From assembly GCF_036588685.1 (NCBI RefSeq), contig NC_086385.1:55017216-55081215 (forward strand): a stretch of 64,000 bases of DNA, given 5' to 3'. A model generated the notes under the pieces. The model was not told the origin of the DNA. It was given only the letters and a program-made list of their open reading frames with translations, and ran no database searches. A program made the translations under genes and the position numbers. Each line of letters starts with the position of its first letter. Position 1 is the first letter of the stretch. This document shows, piece by piece, positions 25,696-39,984 of this stretch. Source of the DNA: Mytilus trossulus (Eukaryota).

Positions 25696-26399
25696 GTGTT
25701 TTTTACAGATGTATCAACAAGTGTCTAGTATAGTATAACAATACAACCAACCCGTTGCATTTCTATGCAAATGTCCATAGTCAAAAGCTTGTTGTTCAGT
25801 GGTTATCGTCTGTTGATGTGCTTCGAATTTATATATGTTTATCGTTTCTTGTTTTTGATAAATAATGGACCGTTAATTTTCTGTTTGAATTGTTTTGCAA
25901 TAGTCATTTTGTGGACCCTTTAAAGTTTGATGTTCGGTGTAAGCCAATGCTGTGTAATGAAGGCCGTATTTTGACCCAAAATTGTGAATGCATCGTTGTA
26001 AATAAAAAGGAATGTGAAGAAATTATAAATTTGTGCAATGAAACTGTCTCTTACAATTTTTAATCACTGACTGACCTCAACAATTATGGTCATGTTGGGA
26101 GCAGAGGACCATTGAGTAAAATTTAAACGACATATATACTCTAATTGATTGCAAACATCAGTTGCAATACCTTTAAATAGCGGAATTTTTTATATTGTCT
26201 GTACAAAAAATACATGAACATATACTTATATCGACTTACAATAATATTTCCTTTCTAAAACATTATCTGATCGTCATATTTGTTTTCTCAGATCTTTTTG
26301 AACTCTCCTGAATGTAAACTGAAAGTCTTGTTGGTTTTACAGTTTCAAGATAAATATTCATTTTGTACTTTTTTACTGTAATTACTTTAACATTCATAA

Positions 26400-27940
26400 T
26401 GCCGCGGTCACACATAAACTGATCACTTCGCCGAATCCACTACGGCTTGAATCCCATAGATTATTAAGGAAATACAGTTTACGTAGTCCGATACAGATCC
26501 GATACAGACGCACAACGGTATGAATACGGGTTTTGACCTTACTATCACTTACAATGAAAACTGGAAAACTGGTTGAATTTTGCAACATGAGTGATACGGG
26601 TTCTTACGGCATGATACGGTCAGGTCGTATGTACTGAATATGAACATCGGTTTCTTATGGTATAAGTAAGGGTTAATACAAATGAAAACGGTCTGAAACG
26701 AAATAGTCATCATTTCTATATAGCAGTTTATTGTAGATTATTTGTCGTCGTTGACAGTTAATAAAACAAATATTTATATGTCTGTCTGAACCATATGTGA
26801 TGTACTTCGTACTCCTCAGACCAAATACATGTTGCCGTTCTTGAAACATATTTTAGACTATTCTTTCAAAGTTCTTAAATGTAGCCGAACTTTTCTTACA
26901 ATATTCAGTCTTTGAAATGGCTCAAAGTGGCCATGGATAGGGAAGTCAGTTCATAGTCCACTTTTTATTCTCCTGTCACATCTACGTCTGTCACCAAGTA
27001 GCCATACCCCTGCCCTGTCATTTTGTGCCATGTCAATATCCAATTCAAGCCAATTAATTGTAATCAGAAGTTGTTGAGTATTCATGTTGTATAATGTTAT
27101 GTATACATCAACGAAAAGACACAGAGTAAGTTGGGCTTATTAAGTATAGTACATTCATACAGACGCCTTGTGTCAGTTTGTCGTCGTCATATTCCATATT
27201 GTGTGACGTAGTGATTCGTAAAAGATTTTCAGAAACCAGACTGATACCCTTTTCTCCGTATTGCAACGTAATGAAATTTTGCAGTTCTATGACACATTCG
27301 AAACAAATCGTAGTGTATCCTTACAAATACTTGATGTAACCATAATAAAACTTAATTCCCCGAAACTAGCCTTTATGTGCCTGTCCCAAGTCAGGAGCCT
27401 GCGATTCGGTGGTTGTCGTTTGTTTATGTGTTACATATTTGTTTTTCGCTAATATTTTTTTACATCAGTAAGGCCGTTAGTTTTCTTGTTTGAATTGTTT
27501 TACATTGTCTTATTGGGGCCTTTTATAGCTGACTATGCGGTATGGGCTTTGCTCATTGTTGAAGGCCGTGTGGTGACCTATAGTTGTTAATGTTTGTGTC
27601 ATTTTGATCTTTTGTGGATAGCCATTGGCAATCATTCCACATCTTCTTTTTTTATATTTGAAATCATTCGGGCCAACGATTTAATACGAATTAATGCGGT
27701 TTTGTTAGGTTCTCTAACGGAGCAATATGGTATTATACGGTTTAGAACGAATATATTACGGTCATTGATCTTTGGTCAAATTTTGCGCATGTTCAGAAAA
27801 TGTCAAGGATATACAGGTAGCACTACGTATGACTACGGCTAAAATACGGAAATTTACGGAATAATACAAAATGCCACGAATGATGCCGAATCTTTCCGAA
27901 GCCAATCCGGAGTAAAATCCGTTAATGTGTGAACAAGGCA
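26400..27940. mobile_element. Non-autonomous PIF/Harbinger-like DNA element
   Basis: Imperfect TIRs tgcc....tcacacat(a/t)aac with TAA/TTA flanks. The paralogue at ~48445-48455 shows the empty site. Confidence 0.65.
27370..27655 (+). repeat. Abundant short interspersed repeat (...tttatagctgactatgcggtatggg...gagagttgtctcattggc...accacatcttc); others at ~5510-5650, 6110-6215 (minus), 8216-8372 (minus), 9800-9950, 13826-13962, 20205-20440, 25780-25985, 31078-31213, 33940-34195, 38890-38975 (minus), 45210-45465, 49560-49650 (minus)
   Basis: More than 12 recognisable copies share a 3' end and are variably 5'-truncated, which suggests a retroposon. Confidence 0.8.
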
Positions 27941-28289
27941 TTAGAGTGTAATATGATTAGCTTTAATCGTCAATTTGTCAATCGAAAATGGACAGTTGTT
28001 TATGTTGGTGTACTTTATCATTTGATATGTTAGTTCAGTGTATTCAGATAACGATTACAATCTGCGTTAACACGCGTGAATGAAAACAGTAAAGGTACGT
28101 TTACTCTTTGCAAAAGATGACGCGCCTTTCTTCACGTTAACGCGGAAGTAAACGCGATATTAGACCCGTTTTCGTTTTAAGTCAACTGACATTTCGGATT
28201 TTACCCAGAGTTAACATGGCGTTCACATGATAATATTTATTATCCGCAGCATATATATAAGCCATTACAAATAAATGTGTTGAATGTCC

Positions 28290-28930
28290 CCATCTAGAAA
28301 TTAACAATAATGGTCGGTTGGTATCAAAACTCGTCCACTAAGAGATGCTTTCAGCGTCCCAATTGTGAACTTTTGATGTCTATATAGTAACATTCCAGTA
28401 TCGCCTGCATATAGCATATATATCTCCCATTTCCTTCGATATTCCCGAGCTTTTATTTTCTATCATGAATTACTTGATAGGAGGTTGTTGATCACAAGGA
28501 GGCTATTGCACTAATAATTTCAAATGGTGAAGTCGAAACCCTTCCTTTTAACATATTTCAATTTTTACCCACGATATCACGAGTTTGTCGACCGTTACGG
28601 AATATCCGTTTCTCAGATTATATCGAACATGATCATTATGTCGTAACTACTTACCACAAATATTATCTACCGAATAAGACTACTAATCGAGTTTGTACTA
28701 ACATGAGCAACACATCGGGTGCCACGTGTGGAGCAAGATCTGATAATCCATCCAGGACAACTAATAAACCCTAAGTTTTTGGTAGGTTTCATCTTGCTAA
28801 GTCTTTATTTATAAAGTGTGTCTTGTGTACCATTGTTTGTCTGTCTTTTTTTCCTTTTTAACCATGGCGTTCTTTATATCCGATCTATGAATTTGAATGT
28901 CCCTTCTGGTATCTTTCACTCCTCTTTTAT
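28290..28930 (+). mobile_element. Older degenerate Naiad-type fragment; similar remnants at ~215-480, 3860-4305, 14230-14375, 23060-23520, 30160-30330 (minus), 33720-33845, 41930-42525, 45940-46140, 49085-49380, 56150-56735
   Basis: Recognisable RT C-terminal and 3' UTR blocks (e.g. atatctcccat...cgatattccc, gagcaacac, ccatggcgtt). Confidence 0.7.
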
Positions 28931-29835
28931 TAACACGGACTAATGTAGTAAAGATTTACATATTCGCATGACAATCGAATATGATGTACTAAAAAAATGT
29001 TGTTTCATAAAAAATATTTAGAGTAGAAATTGTCTTAACATTACATTGTTTATTTTGTTATCAGAAAGAGTAAAAAAACTGGTGTAAATGCCTGTTATCT
29101 ATCTACTAAAAAGGCACACAGTCACTGCGCGTATACTCGAGTTGAATTAATGTTGAATTTGGACTTGTTAACGTTATAATAACTGAGCGCGAAAAATGAG
29201 GGAATAAATAATTATGTGCACGATTCGTTGACATTTGTTTTCTTTATGCAAAGCTTCGTCTGTACCAAACGGTATCCATTTTGTCCTACATCAATTTGTT
29301 CACCTATTAGCCAAAACGTAGAAGTTAACAAACAAAGTAGGTAAAAAAAGGACTTTGACATTTACTATAAGATTTGTATGTTATCTTAAATGCTTCTTAT
29401 GACGTCCTAACGTTTAAAAGAAGCTGTGAAAATATCGAAAGATCACAATTGCATGCTTACAATTTTTATTATTAACTGTGAAAAAAAATAACAATGTGCA
29501 TTGCTGTATAACACTGTATTATATTTATAATAAATTTTATTAATTCATTCGACAAACAACGTCCTCAAGGAACAGGTCAAAAATGTATCATGTGGCTGGT
29601 TAAATGAAAGTGATACAACAATCTCACTAGAACATAACGAAAAACATAGAATTAAAATTATATACAGGTAGTTAAGCCGGCCATCATTCATGTGTTGTTC
29701 GAGATTATTTCCTATTGTTACAAAGAGTTTGGTTAGAAAAAACACATTTGAAAAGAAAGGAAAAATATTACTTTGATTTCATCGAATAGAAAACAATAAA
29801 AAACAATCTACTTATTTTCGAGCCTACATGTGTTA

Positions 29836-30103
29836 GAGACGACATCAAAAGTCCAATGTAGGATAAAAAAAACTTAATTCACATGGTTTTTTCACTGTCA
29901 CCACCCCACCCCTACACACACACACACACCCATCACCCCCAACCCCACCTCTAAACTTAATTTGGGGAAAATTGATTTAACAATAGGGATATACGTAAAA
30001 ATCGATTATAGATATACAAATTGTAGAATTTTAACCCCCCTCTTACCCCCAAAACTTTTTGATTTAAGTGTTTTATCCTACATCGATCTTTTGATGTTGT
30101 CCC
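29836..30103. mobile_element. Tourist/Harbinger-like MITE
   Basis: ~40-bp TIRs (g.gac.acatcaaaag..c.atgtaggataaaa) and a TTA duplication. Confidence 0.75.
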
Positions 30104-31279
30104 TTATTTTTTACTTTACCTAAGTTAAATAAATTGTCTGGTCTTTAGTGTTTGAAAATAGTGACAAAGTAACCAAAGAACCCCCGCTCACACAAGTCGA
30201 TTATAAACTGACACCGCCATGACAAAAGCACAAAATACAGTTTCCAAACACAACATAGAAACTGAAGAGATAAACAGACACGATTCAAACACGATCCCAA
30301 GGATGAAGTCAGGTGAAGGTATATCTGTGGCATCCTTTACATGATTGTTATTTAAGTTTTTATTAGTTTTGACATCGTTTTCAAATGTTTTTGCCTTTAT
30401 AAAGTCAGACATCTGTAATTAACATAAAGTCGTGTTTCGCTGTTTTTAATATTTGTGTGGAATGTTTTTACATAATTCAGACTATTGTTTTGTTTCTTTC
30501 AAATCATTTAACTAGAAAAATGAGACCATCATGCGTTCCTATCTGTGTCAATTAATGCATCATGAGGTATCAATATAACTTCATCACCGAACCAATATTA
30601 CATGAATATCATGAAAATTAAAAGAAATGCACTTTTATAATGTATCAGCAATACCTTGATAAGAAGACTGTTAATTATACTTTGTATTTAAAAAGTAATA
30701 AATGGAAGTAATATAATCAAAATCTGCCCTTAAGGGTGTTCGTTTCTCAGTTTCAAAATAATTTTTAAACCATTAGTTTATATTGATAGGGGATAAAATG
30801 AGGATTAAAAAGAGCAAAAAAAATGCAGGACTGGAAAATGTTCTATCTTAATTTTTAACATTGACAAGTTTAAGTTCTCAAAAACTATTAAGATAATAAA
30901 AATTTAAGAGTTTGGTACTTTTACAGATGGCTCATTATTATACATGACAAAAATCTATCAAAGGAAAAATGGGGGTCAATCGGCAAAGTGAAGACCGAAA
31001 TTCGAACACATGACAACCGATCATCCCTACAACTAGTTTATCGATAGCTTTACTCAGTATTCAAAAAGTAATAAAAGCCTTTTATAGCTGACTACATGTA
31101 TGTGGTATGGGCTTTGTTCATTGTTAAACGCCGTACAGTGACCTATAGTTGTTAATTTCTGTGTCATTTTGGTCTCTTGTGGAGAGTTGTGTCATCGGCA
31201 GTCATACCACATCTCAAGTAATATAAGCAAATTCTACACATAAAACTATTTGTCACTCTAAACCGATTTACTGTCATAA

Positions 31280-32830
31280 CACTTATGAAATGTGAATCAA
31301 CAATAGCATCTTATCAACTGAGATAGCACTTATAAAATGTGAAACAACAATAGCTTCTTATCAACTGAGATAGCACTTAAAAATGTGAAACAACATTAGC
31401 ATCTTATCAACTGAGAAAACACTTATAAAATGTGAAACAACAATAGCATCTTATCAACTGAGATAGCACTTATGAAATGTGAAACAACATTAGCATCTAA
31501 TCAATTGAGATAGCACTTATAAAATGTGAAACAACAATAGCATCTTATCAACTGAGATAGCACTTATAAAATGTGAAACAACAATAGCATCTTATCAACA
31601 GAGATAGCACTTATAAAATGTGAAACAACATTAGCATCTTATCAACTGAGATAGCACTTATAAAATGTGAAACAACAATAGCATCTTATCAACAGAGATA
31701 GCACTTATAAAATGTGAAACAACATTAGCATCTTATCAACTGAGATAGCACTTATAAAATGTGAAACAACATTAGCATCTTATCAACTGAGATAGCACAA
31801 ATAAAAAGTGAAACAACAATAGCATCTTATCAACATAGATAGCACTTATAAAATGTGAAAAAAACAATATCATCTTAACAACTGAGATAGCACTTATAAA
31901 ATGTGAAACAACAATACCATCTTTTAAACAACTGAGATAGCACTTATAAAATGTGAAACAACATTACCATCTTATCAACTGAGATAGCACTTAATGTGAA
32001 ACAACAATAGCATCTTATCAACTGAGATAGCACAAATAAAATGTGAAACAACAATGGCATCTTATCAACTGAGATAGCACTTATGAAATGTGAAACAACA
32101 TTAGCATCTTATCAACTGAGATAGCACTTATAAAATGTGAAACAACAATAGCATCTTATCAACTGAGATAGCACTTATAAAATGTGAAACAACATTAGCA
32201 TCTTATCAACTGAGATAGCACTTATAAAATGTGAAACAACATTAGCATCTTATCAACTGAGATAGCACAAATAAAAAGTGAAACAACAATAGCATCTTAT
32301 CAACTGAGATAGCACTTATAAAATGTGAAACAACAATACCATCTTAACAACTGAGATAGCACTTATAAAATGTGAAACAACATTACCATCTTATCAACTG
32401 AGATAGCACAAATAAAAAGTGAAACAACAATAGCATCTTATCAACTGAGATAGCACTTATAAAATGTGAAACAACATTAGCATCTTATCAACTGAGATAG
32501 CACTTATAAAATGTGAAACAACAATAGCATCTTATCAACTGAGATAGCACTTATAAAATGTGAAACAACATTAGCATCTTATCAACTGAGATAGCACTTA
32601 TAAAATGTGAAACAACAATAGCATCTTATCAACTGAGATAGCACTTATAAAATTTTAAACAACATTAGCATCTTATCAACTGAGATAGCACTTAAAAAAA
32701 GTGAAACAACAATAGCATCTTATCAACTGAGATAGCACTTATAAAATGTGAAACAACAATAGCATCTTAACAACTGAGATAGCACTTATAAAATGTGAAA
32801 CAACAATAGCATCTTATCAACTGAGATAGT
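31280..32830. repeat. 47-bp minisatellite (atagcatcttatcaactgagatagcacttataaaatgtgaaacaaca), about 33 copies
   Basis: Direct tandem repeats with period 47 and no spacers. Confidence 0.97.
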
Positions 32831-33165
32831 ATTCGATAACAAGTTTTGTATGTTCTAATATCTAATTTTCAGTAATACTTCGATACTGTTTGAATACTTA
32901 ACAGAATTTATATCCCACTAGGGTCAACAAGAAGCCTAGTTTTCTCACGTTGTTTGTTGGTAAATCTTATAAAGGCTTACAATAGCATCTTATCAACTGA
33001 GATAGCATTAGATAACACGTCTAGTATGTTCAAATATCTACTTTTCAGTGTTACTTCGATCATGTTTGAATATTGATTTTTAACAGAATGGATGTCCCAC
33101 TAGGGTCAACAAGAAGCAGAGTTTCTTCATGTTGTTTGTTGGTATATCTTATAAAGGCTAACAAC
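32806..33165. repeat. Two tandem copies of a ~175-bp unit that begins with the 47-mer's first half
   Basis: Units start at 32806 and 32981. Confidence 0.85.
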
Positions 33166-33884
33166 TTGATTTCTGTAACTGCAAGAACTGCTAGATTAGT
33201 ACTTGATTACTTTTATCTCCAAATAAGTTTAGGGATTCTTGCAGGCTTTCGTTTAGATATGATGAGTCAAATTTAAACAGTTTTTTTTTCTGTTTCTCTT
33301 ATGGTGTACTGTTTTACTACATGACAAGTTCTACGGAAAAGTATGTTTGATGCTTTCAAACATATAGCTGACAATGTGGTTTAAGTATTGCTCGTTAATG
33401 AAGTCCATACGATTACCTATAATTGTAAAGTCTATAGTATTTGTTATTGTTTTGTGTTATGTTTCGTTGCATTCCGATGCTTTGGTGTCCGACTATACTT
33501 CAATGGTTTTGCTCATTGTTAAAGGTTGTATTATATTTGTTATTCTCATAGGATTTTGCCTAATGCTTAGTCTGTTTCTCTGTTTGATATATTATAATGT
33601 TGTATCGCTATTCTCCTCTTATATGTAATGCGTTCTTTCAGTTTTAATTTTGTTATCCGGATTTTAGACAAAATCCTATGAGAATAACAAATATAATACA
33701 ACCTTTAAATCAAATCATACCAATTTTGAATAAGGTTCAATTTGCACAGTCTTTTGTTTTCTGCTGTGTTTTTTTTTTCGTCTTATCAATGGCGTTGTCA
33801 GTTTATTTTCGACTCGATGTCCTATTGGTATTGTTGGCCTCTTGTTCGGTTTTACTCTGACTCATGAATGTATATCCCGCTGAT

Positions 33885-34640
33885 CGTTTTTATCATGTTG
33901 CATCACCTTCACGTTTCTCGTAAGGTTGTTACCTTCATCAGGAGCCTGTAATTCAGTAGTTGTCGTTTGTTTATGTGTTCCCTATTTGTTTTTCGTTCAA
34001 TTCTTCATATACATAAGGCCGTTAGTTTTCTCGTTTGAACTGTTTTCCATTGTCTTATCGGGGCCTTGTATAGCTGATTATGCGGTATGGGCTTTGCTCA
34101 TTGTTAAAGCCCGGTGATCTATAGTTGTTCATGTCTGTTTTGGTCTCTTGTGGACAGTTGTCTCATTGGCAATCATATCACATCTTCTTTTTTATATACT
34201 TAATGTATGCTGTATATCATGCTACACACATCCTTCACCTTTTCGAGTTAACGTTGGTACCACGTTTTAGAATATCGCATGTCTCATTTTCTTCAATCTA
34301 CACATTTTTTATCTTCTTTGTTGCGTATTTTTCACCTTTTTTCAAGGATTTTACACTAAAAAATATTCTTATCTCTGTTGTTTGTCGATCGAATTAATTG
34401 ATATCTGCAAATAACAACTCACATTTAAGGTGCAGTAAATATTTATTTTTTTTACATTCGACAGGCAAGATTATTTTATACTAAAAATTTGAAGAAAAAA
34501 AACTGAAATCATCAACACTTAATTCAGATACATTTGCTGATTGACGTATTTGACGCTTCTGAAATAAACTTATAAAAATTAAAATGTCATAATGTAACTT
34601 TTTTTATTACCGACTTTGTTTTTCAGCAGAAAGTCTTGTG
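33885..34640. promoter_or_regulatory. CNE copy 3 (gene-less unit), interrupted by an interspersed repeat at ~33940-34195
   Basis: TGACGTattTGACGC at 34542-34556; homologous to the other copies. Confidence 0.5.
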
Positions 34641-36019
34641 ACCAATGCTGTTTGTTGAAGACCGTGTTTTTTTATACCTATCATTTTGTTCTTTTTATAC
34701 ATTGTGACTTGAAAGGAGATTCGTCTCATTTGCATTTTTTTTTTCATACATGTAAAAGCAAACACTTAAAGTAAGCATTAGACAAAAAAGTCTCGTAAGT
34801 TACACTTTACATTGTGTATCTGGGTCAATATTTCTAATGTACCTCAGATTTTGGAGCCCTTAAAAAATGTGTATACAGAAAATGTTTATGAAGTGAAAGC
34901 GAACTTGATTTTTATTTATCAGTGACTGACAATGACAATTCTGTTATTTAAGGGGTACCCAACACTATACCCCAAAAAAATCCTGCCGTTTATTTTTTCT
35001 TTTTTTTTTAAATTGATAGACTAGGCCAACAATTACATTTAAAATTAAAAAGAGGTTAAAAATATTTTTGCAACTCAAAAATGGCATCTTTTACTTACTA
35101 GTATCGGCAAAAATTGGAAGTTACTGATATATTTTTATAGAGTTAAATATATTAAAAAGTTTAAAATTTAAACCTAAATTGACAATAGCAAAGCTAATAA
35201 TGATAGCTGAGGTAAATATTAGTTCACTGGTACCCTTTTCTTGTAACTTTTTTTTCCGGATTTAAAATTTTGCACGAACTTTAATAGGGGGTATCCGAAT
35301 CATCCCCGAAAAATGAATGGTGTGCTTCTAGTTTTTGAAGAAGAATTTTATGTGTCGTTTAATATTTCTTAAAACTAAGAATTTAAAAGCTGTACTAGTC
35401 GGTTGTTCTTGCAATTTTTTTAAAATCAAACTGTTTGAATTTTTGGTATTAAAGTTTGAAATACGCCCCACCCTCAAATTGGTTCATTAAACAAGAGTAA
35501 AATATTTTCAAAACGTACATTATGGCCATATTTTTTTTTTCGTCTTTTGAACTAGGCCTTAGATATTTGGCAAGATGATGTGTCATCACGGGGTTCAGTG
35601 TTTTGCATCATGATAACCTTTGTGTGACCTTCAAATGTGACCTCAAGGTCAACTTTATGTTGTTTTTTCGTGAAAACACAACCGCAAACACAACCATGTA
35701 GGCCATAACTTCTTCGCCTTTTGACCTAGGCCTTACATCTGATGTGTTGTGCCTTCTTTAAATTTTGACCTTCATGTGACTTGCACCTCAAGGACGATAA
35801 TTGTGTGTCTTGTTAAGAAATACTTGTACAGACCATGATTTTTATGTAGTTATGAATTCATATTCCTTAAAAAATCATATAACGCAAACGTTAATCGACC
35901 ATACAACAATATAGACACATTTTATGACATGTCAACGCATTGCATAAACACGCAATATATAATAAACATGTAGTCACATAAAATTGTGTGAAAAAGAATA
36001 GTTTCTATTGAAGCGCAGT

Positions 36020-36185
36020 GTACGTTCTAAGAGACAACAAAGTAAAAAATTCCAAGTGATCAAACAATAGCAGGAGTTATGCCAAATAACTATATACAAA
36101 TTATGGGACGGAAGGAAGGACAGATGGACAGGGTCAAAACAATACCCCCTTCTCCCCCGACTTTCAGTTGTAGGGGCAAAAAAGG
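36020..36185. mobile_element. Probable end of a Helentron-type non-autonomous element (HINE-like)
   Basis: GGAC/GGAA-type microsatellite followed by the terminal hairpin cccccgact..agttgtagggg and an A-run. TGACCTT/AAGGTCA-rich repeats lie nearby (35520-35840). Confidence 0.4.
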
Positions 36186-36706
36186 ATTTAACTGATTTTT
36201 TCATTTTAGATACGAGCTGTTGAAATTAAAAGCTTGACATACCTTTGATACATAGGGAAACGCTTTAAACATGTTAAAGTTGGCAGATGCTTTACAATAT
36301 CAAGATTTTCAATTTATTGGTCTACAGATTTAAAAATATACAATTCAAATATTAAGAACAAAACTATTCGTGCAAAGAGCCATGGCTCATGAGAGAAGAA
36401 AAAGAGCTGACTGTTCAAAAATCCTTATACCATGTATACTGTGAAATCTAGTTCGTTTAACATAGAACTTTTTAGTATTTTATTTTACACCCTTCGAAAT
36501 TTAGGAAATTTTGATTTTAAAGCAAAAATAACATGTGCTATTTATTGCATACATGTGTAGATTTAGTTTCAACCATGATTCTAAATATAGATTTTACTTT
36601 TCCTAAAATTAAGGACGGAATAGAAGGCACCCATTTATTTTCTATACCTGTCAGAATAAAGGTTGAGAAAAGATACTAGAAAGATATAAAAAAAAAATCA
36701 TATATA

Positions 36707-37981
36707 CACCTGGAAAAAAGTATTGCAACACCAAATTGAAATTGAAATTTAAAAAAACACTCTTCATTGTTTTGGGATATAATTTGGTAAAATAGAACTA
36801 CTTAAACATTATTTAAGTATCAACTGAGTTTAATCAATAAATATCGACTCGATAATTTTTTATCTGCACATGCAGCTACTGTACCCGTAAACAGCAAAAC
36901 AGTTGTTTTTATCCTCATTGTTTTCAACCCTTTAAACAACCACATTTTTAAAGTTATGTGATTGACACCTTATAACTGGTCCTTGACAACTCTTAACTGC
37001 AGCAATATGGCAGATTATTAGCATAAGGAAAGCAGGGATGTCGCTGTAAAAACTGCACGTATTGTTGGTCATCACCATTTCACTATAAGTCGTTTTGAGA
37101 ATAAATCAGGCAATAAACGCTGTTAAAGACATTCCGAGATAAAGATGACCCATTATACCATTTGCTAAGGAAAATCAAGCATAATGGAGGTTGGTCAGAA
37201 GGAAACCCATTGCATACAAGACAGTCCTAAAAAGAGAGTGGTGGCCATACATCAGCCTTTTAACAAGAACTGTTCGAGATCGACTAATCGCTACTGGTTA
37301 TCGTGCGATAAGACCTTTTCGGAAACCTTTGCCAACTAACAGACACACAGTTTTCCGTATCCAATGTAGTGCAGAGCTCGCCAAAGATGGAAATTAGCAT
37401 CGTGGAGGAAGATCCAATGTTCAAATGAAATTCGGTTCATCTTCCTTGGCACGATCGTAGCCCGGATTTCAACCATATCGAGCATATTTGGGACACTATT
37501 TGGCGGAGAGTGCGTGAAAGGACACCCCAGTTCAAAACCATCATGAAATAAACAATGCCCCTCCTCAGAAATGGTTGCTGCTACCTTAGCGACAAATTAG
37601 TCGATTTATGGCAGGAATCAGAAGACGTTTAGATGCGGTTATCCGTTTGAATCAAGGCTGCGCACAAAGTACTAATTCTTTGGCGTATAACGATCAACCA
37701 TGATATGAACAGTCATCTAAGGAATAATTTTGTAAATTTCGACTACAGTAAAAGTTATAAAATGACTTTTTTTGTACAAAAAACACTCCATTTTGGTATT
37801 AAAATTGTGGTTATATAAATCATTTTTTTTTTCAAAAATTTGTTGTTCGTTTCAATGCCAATATTATCATAAACTATGTTTCAATAATATTATACACATA
37901 TTTTTTATATTTCATTCAGAAAAAGAGGCTGATTTTTCAAGTTTTAAAAAATCAAGGAGTTGCAATACTTTTTTCCATGTG
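36707..37981 (+). mobile_element. Tc1/mariner transposon, degenerate transposase
   Basis: ~26-bp TIRs CAC(C/A)TGGAAAAAAGTATTGCAAC with TA on both sides. Transposase remnants TVRDRL..GYRAIRPFRKPL and SPDFNHIEHIW. Confidence 0.9.
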
Positions 37982-38284
37982 TATAGATGAATGTTACCAA
38001 GTACCAAGTACCAAGTCAGGCATATGACAGTTCTTGTCTATTCGCTTTTGATGCGTTTTGTTATTTGATTTTGCCATGTGATTATTGACTTTCCGTATTG
38101 ATTTTCCTCTAAGTTCAGTATTTTTGTGATTTTACTTTTTAGAGTGCATAAATATGTGTAGTGTTTTGTTGACTGAATAGGATGGTTTTTTTCTACTTTT
38201 TGTCTCTGTTCCGTAATATTTTAATAATGCAATGGTTGATCATCCCCGTCGATATCTTCTTACTTTTTACATGAATTTAAACCA

Positions 38285-38716
38285 TTGTTACTTGCTTGGC
38301 TTTATAAGTATTTTGATATGAGCGTCACTGACGAGTCTTATGTAGACGAAACGCACGTCTGGCGTACAATTTACACCACTGGGTCTATGCCACTGCTGGT
38401 GGACGTTACGTCCCCGAGGGTATCACCAACCTAGTAGTCAACACTTCGGTAATGACATGAATATCATTATTGTGGTCATTTTTATAAATGTTCTGTTTAC
38501 AAAACTTTAAATTTACCGAAAAACTAGGATTTTCTTATCCCAGGCATAGATTACCTTAGCCGTATTTGGCACAACTTTTGGGACTTTTTGATCCTCAATG
38601 CTCTTCAACTTTTAACTAGTTTGGCTTTATAAATAATTTGTTACGAGCGTCACTGATGAGTCTTATGTAGACGAAACGAGCGTATTGTGTACTTAATCAT
38701 AATCCTGGTACCTGGT
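38285..38716 (+). mobile_element. Retrozyme: one monomer between two hammerheads (cores at 38328 and 38653)
   Basis: CTGACGA...GAAAC-gcac-GTC and CTGATGA...GAAAC-gagc-GTA, 325 bp apart (a ~354-bp monomer with a short deletion). Confidence 0.9.
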
Positions 38717-39242
38717 TACGATAATAGAGTTAATTTACTCGAATAGCTGCATCACAAAAGACTAATAACGGTAAATCAATCTATATCCGTACCACATACA
38801 TGTAACTGCCTAACAAGCCTTTGTTTATTGATAATTTTCACTAAAAGATAATTGGAAGAGTAAAAGAGACAAATCTGAAGAAAAAAGGTATGGTCAGATG
38901 TGGTGTGAGTGCCAATGAGACAACTTTCCATCCAAATAACAATGTATGGAAGTAAACCATTATAGGTCAACGTAAGACCTTCGAAGCCTGCTATCTACCT
39001 ACACAAAATGCACACAGTAGCTGCGCGTATACTCCAGTAGATGTTGAAATTGCATCTGGTCACGTTATAATAATTAAACGGAAAAAAAGAGGGGAAAATG
39101 AATTACTTGCAAGCTTCGCAAACGTGTATTAAGATTTTGTATAGCTTCGTCTGCGCCAAACGGTACCCATTTTGTCCGACATAATTGTTCTACCTTTTCT
39201 TAGAAAAAAACATACAAGTTTAGAAACGAAGTAGTTAATTTG

Positions 39243-39512
39243 AAAAATGGACTTTGACATTAATTATAAAGTGCTTGTGTTATTTTGTATGCTTCTTATG
39301 ACGTCTTTAAACACACAGTTTAGTGAAAAGGCTGTGAAAATATCGAAATATAACAATGGCATTTCTCATTTGCCATACAACTTTTAATTATCAACTGTGA
39401 AACAAATAACAACATACCTTGCTCTTTGACACTGAATTATATTTATATTAAATTTGATTAATTCGATCGACAAACAACTTCCTCAAAGAGAAGGTCAAGG
39501 AAGTATCATGAA
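39243..39512 (+). repeat. Diverged inverted homologue of the CNE (others at ~29345-29595 and at 49910-49983 + 53610-53812)
   Basis: ATTAATTCGATCGACAAACAAC on + matches the reverse complement of GTTGTTTGTCGATCGAATTAAT in CNE3. Collinear blocks include aaaaatg(g)actttgac, TGACGTC and ctgtg(a/g)aa(a)tat. Confidence 0.6.
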
Positions 39513-39984
39513 TCTGATTCACCATCAGTGATACAAATGTATGTTTGGTGCTTGCATGCATATTGTTGACAATGTAGTATGGACTTTGTGCATTGTTGAT
39601 GTCCATACGCTGACCTTTAACTGATAATATAGTTGATAGTTGTCTCAATAGAACCATACTGCCTCTTCTTATTTTTATATGTTTACCACAACCACTTTTA
39701 TATGTGCCAACAAGCCCGTTATTCAGTGGTTGTAGCCTATAGTATTTTTTATTGTTTCGTTATATGTTTGGTTGGATTCCGATGCTGTGGTGTCTGACTA
39801 TACTTCAATGTTTTTTCTCATTGTTGAAGGTCGTTATATGCCCTGCATTCTACATGATTTGGATATTGATGACATAATATTTTTTGTCGAACACTCACAT
39901 CATCTGTCAAGCATGTGCGTTTGACTCAAACAATTATATTGATATAATAATTATTCATCTCAATTAGGTGTTAGTCAGTTAAAT

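Noticed and set aside
31280-32830. CRISPR-like array
   Set aside because: Head-to-tail 47-bp units with no unique spacers, no cas genes, and a eukaryotic context.
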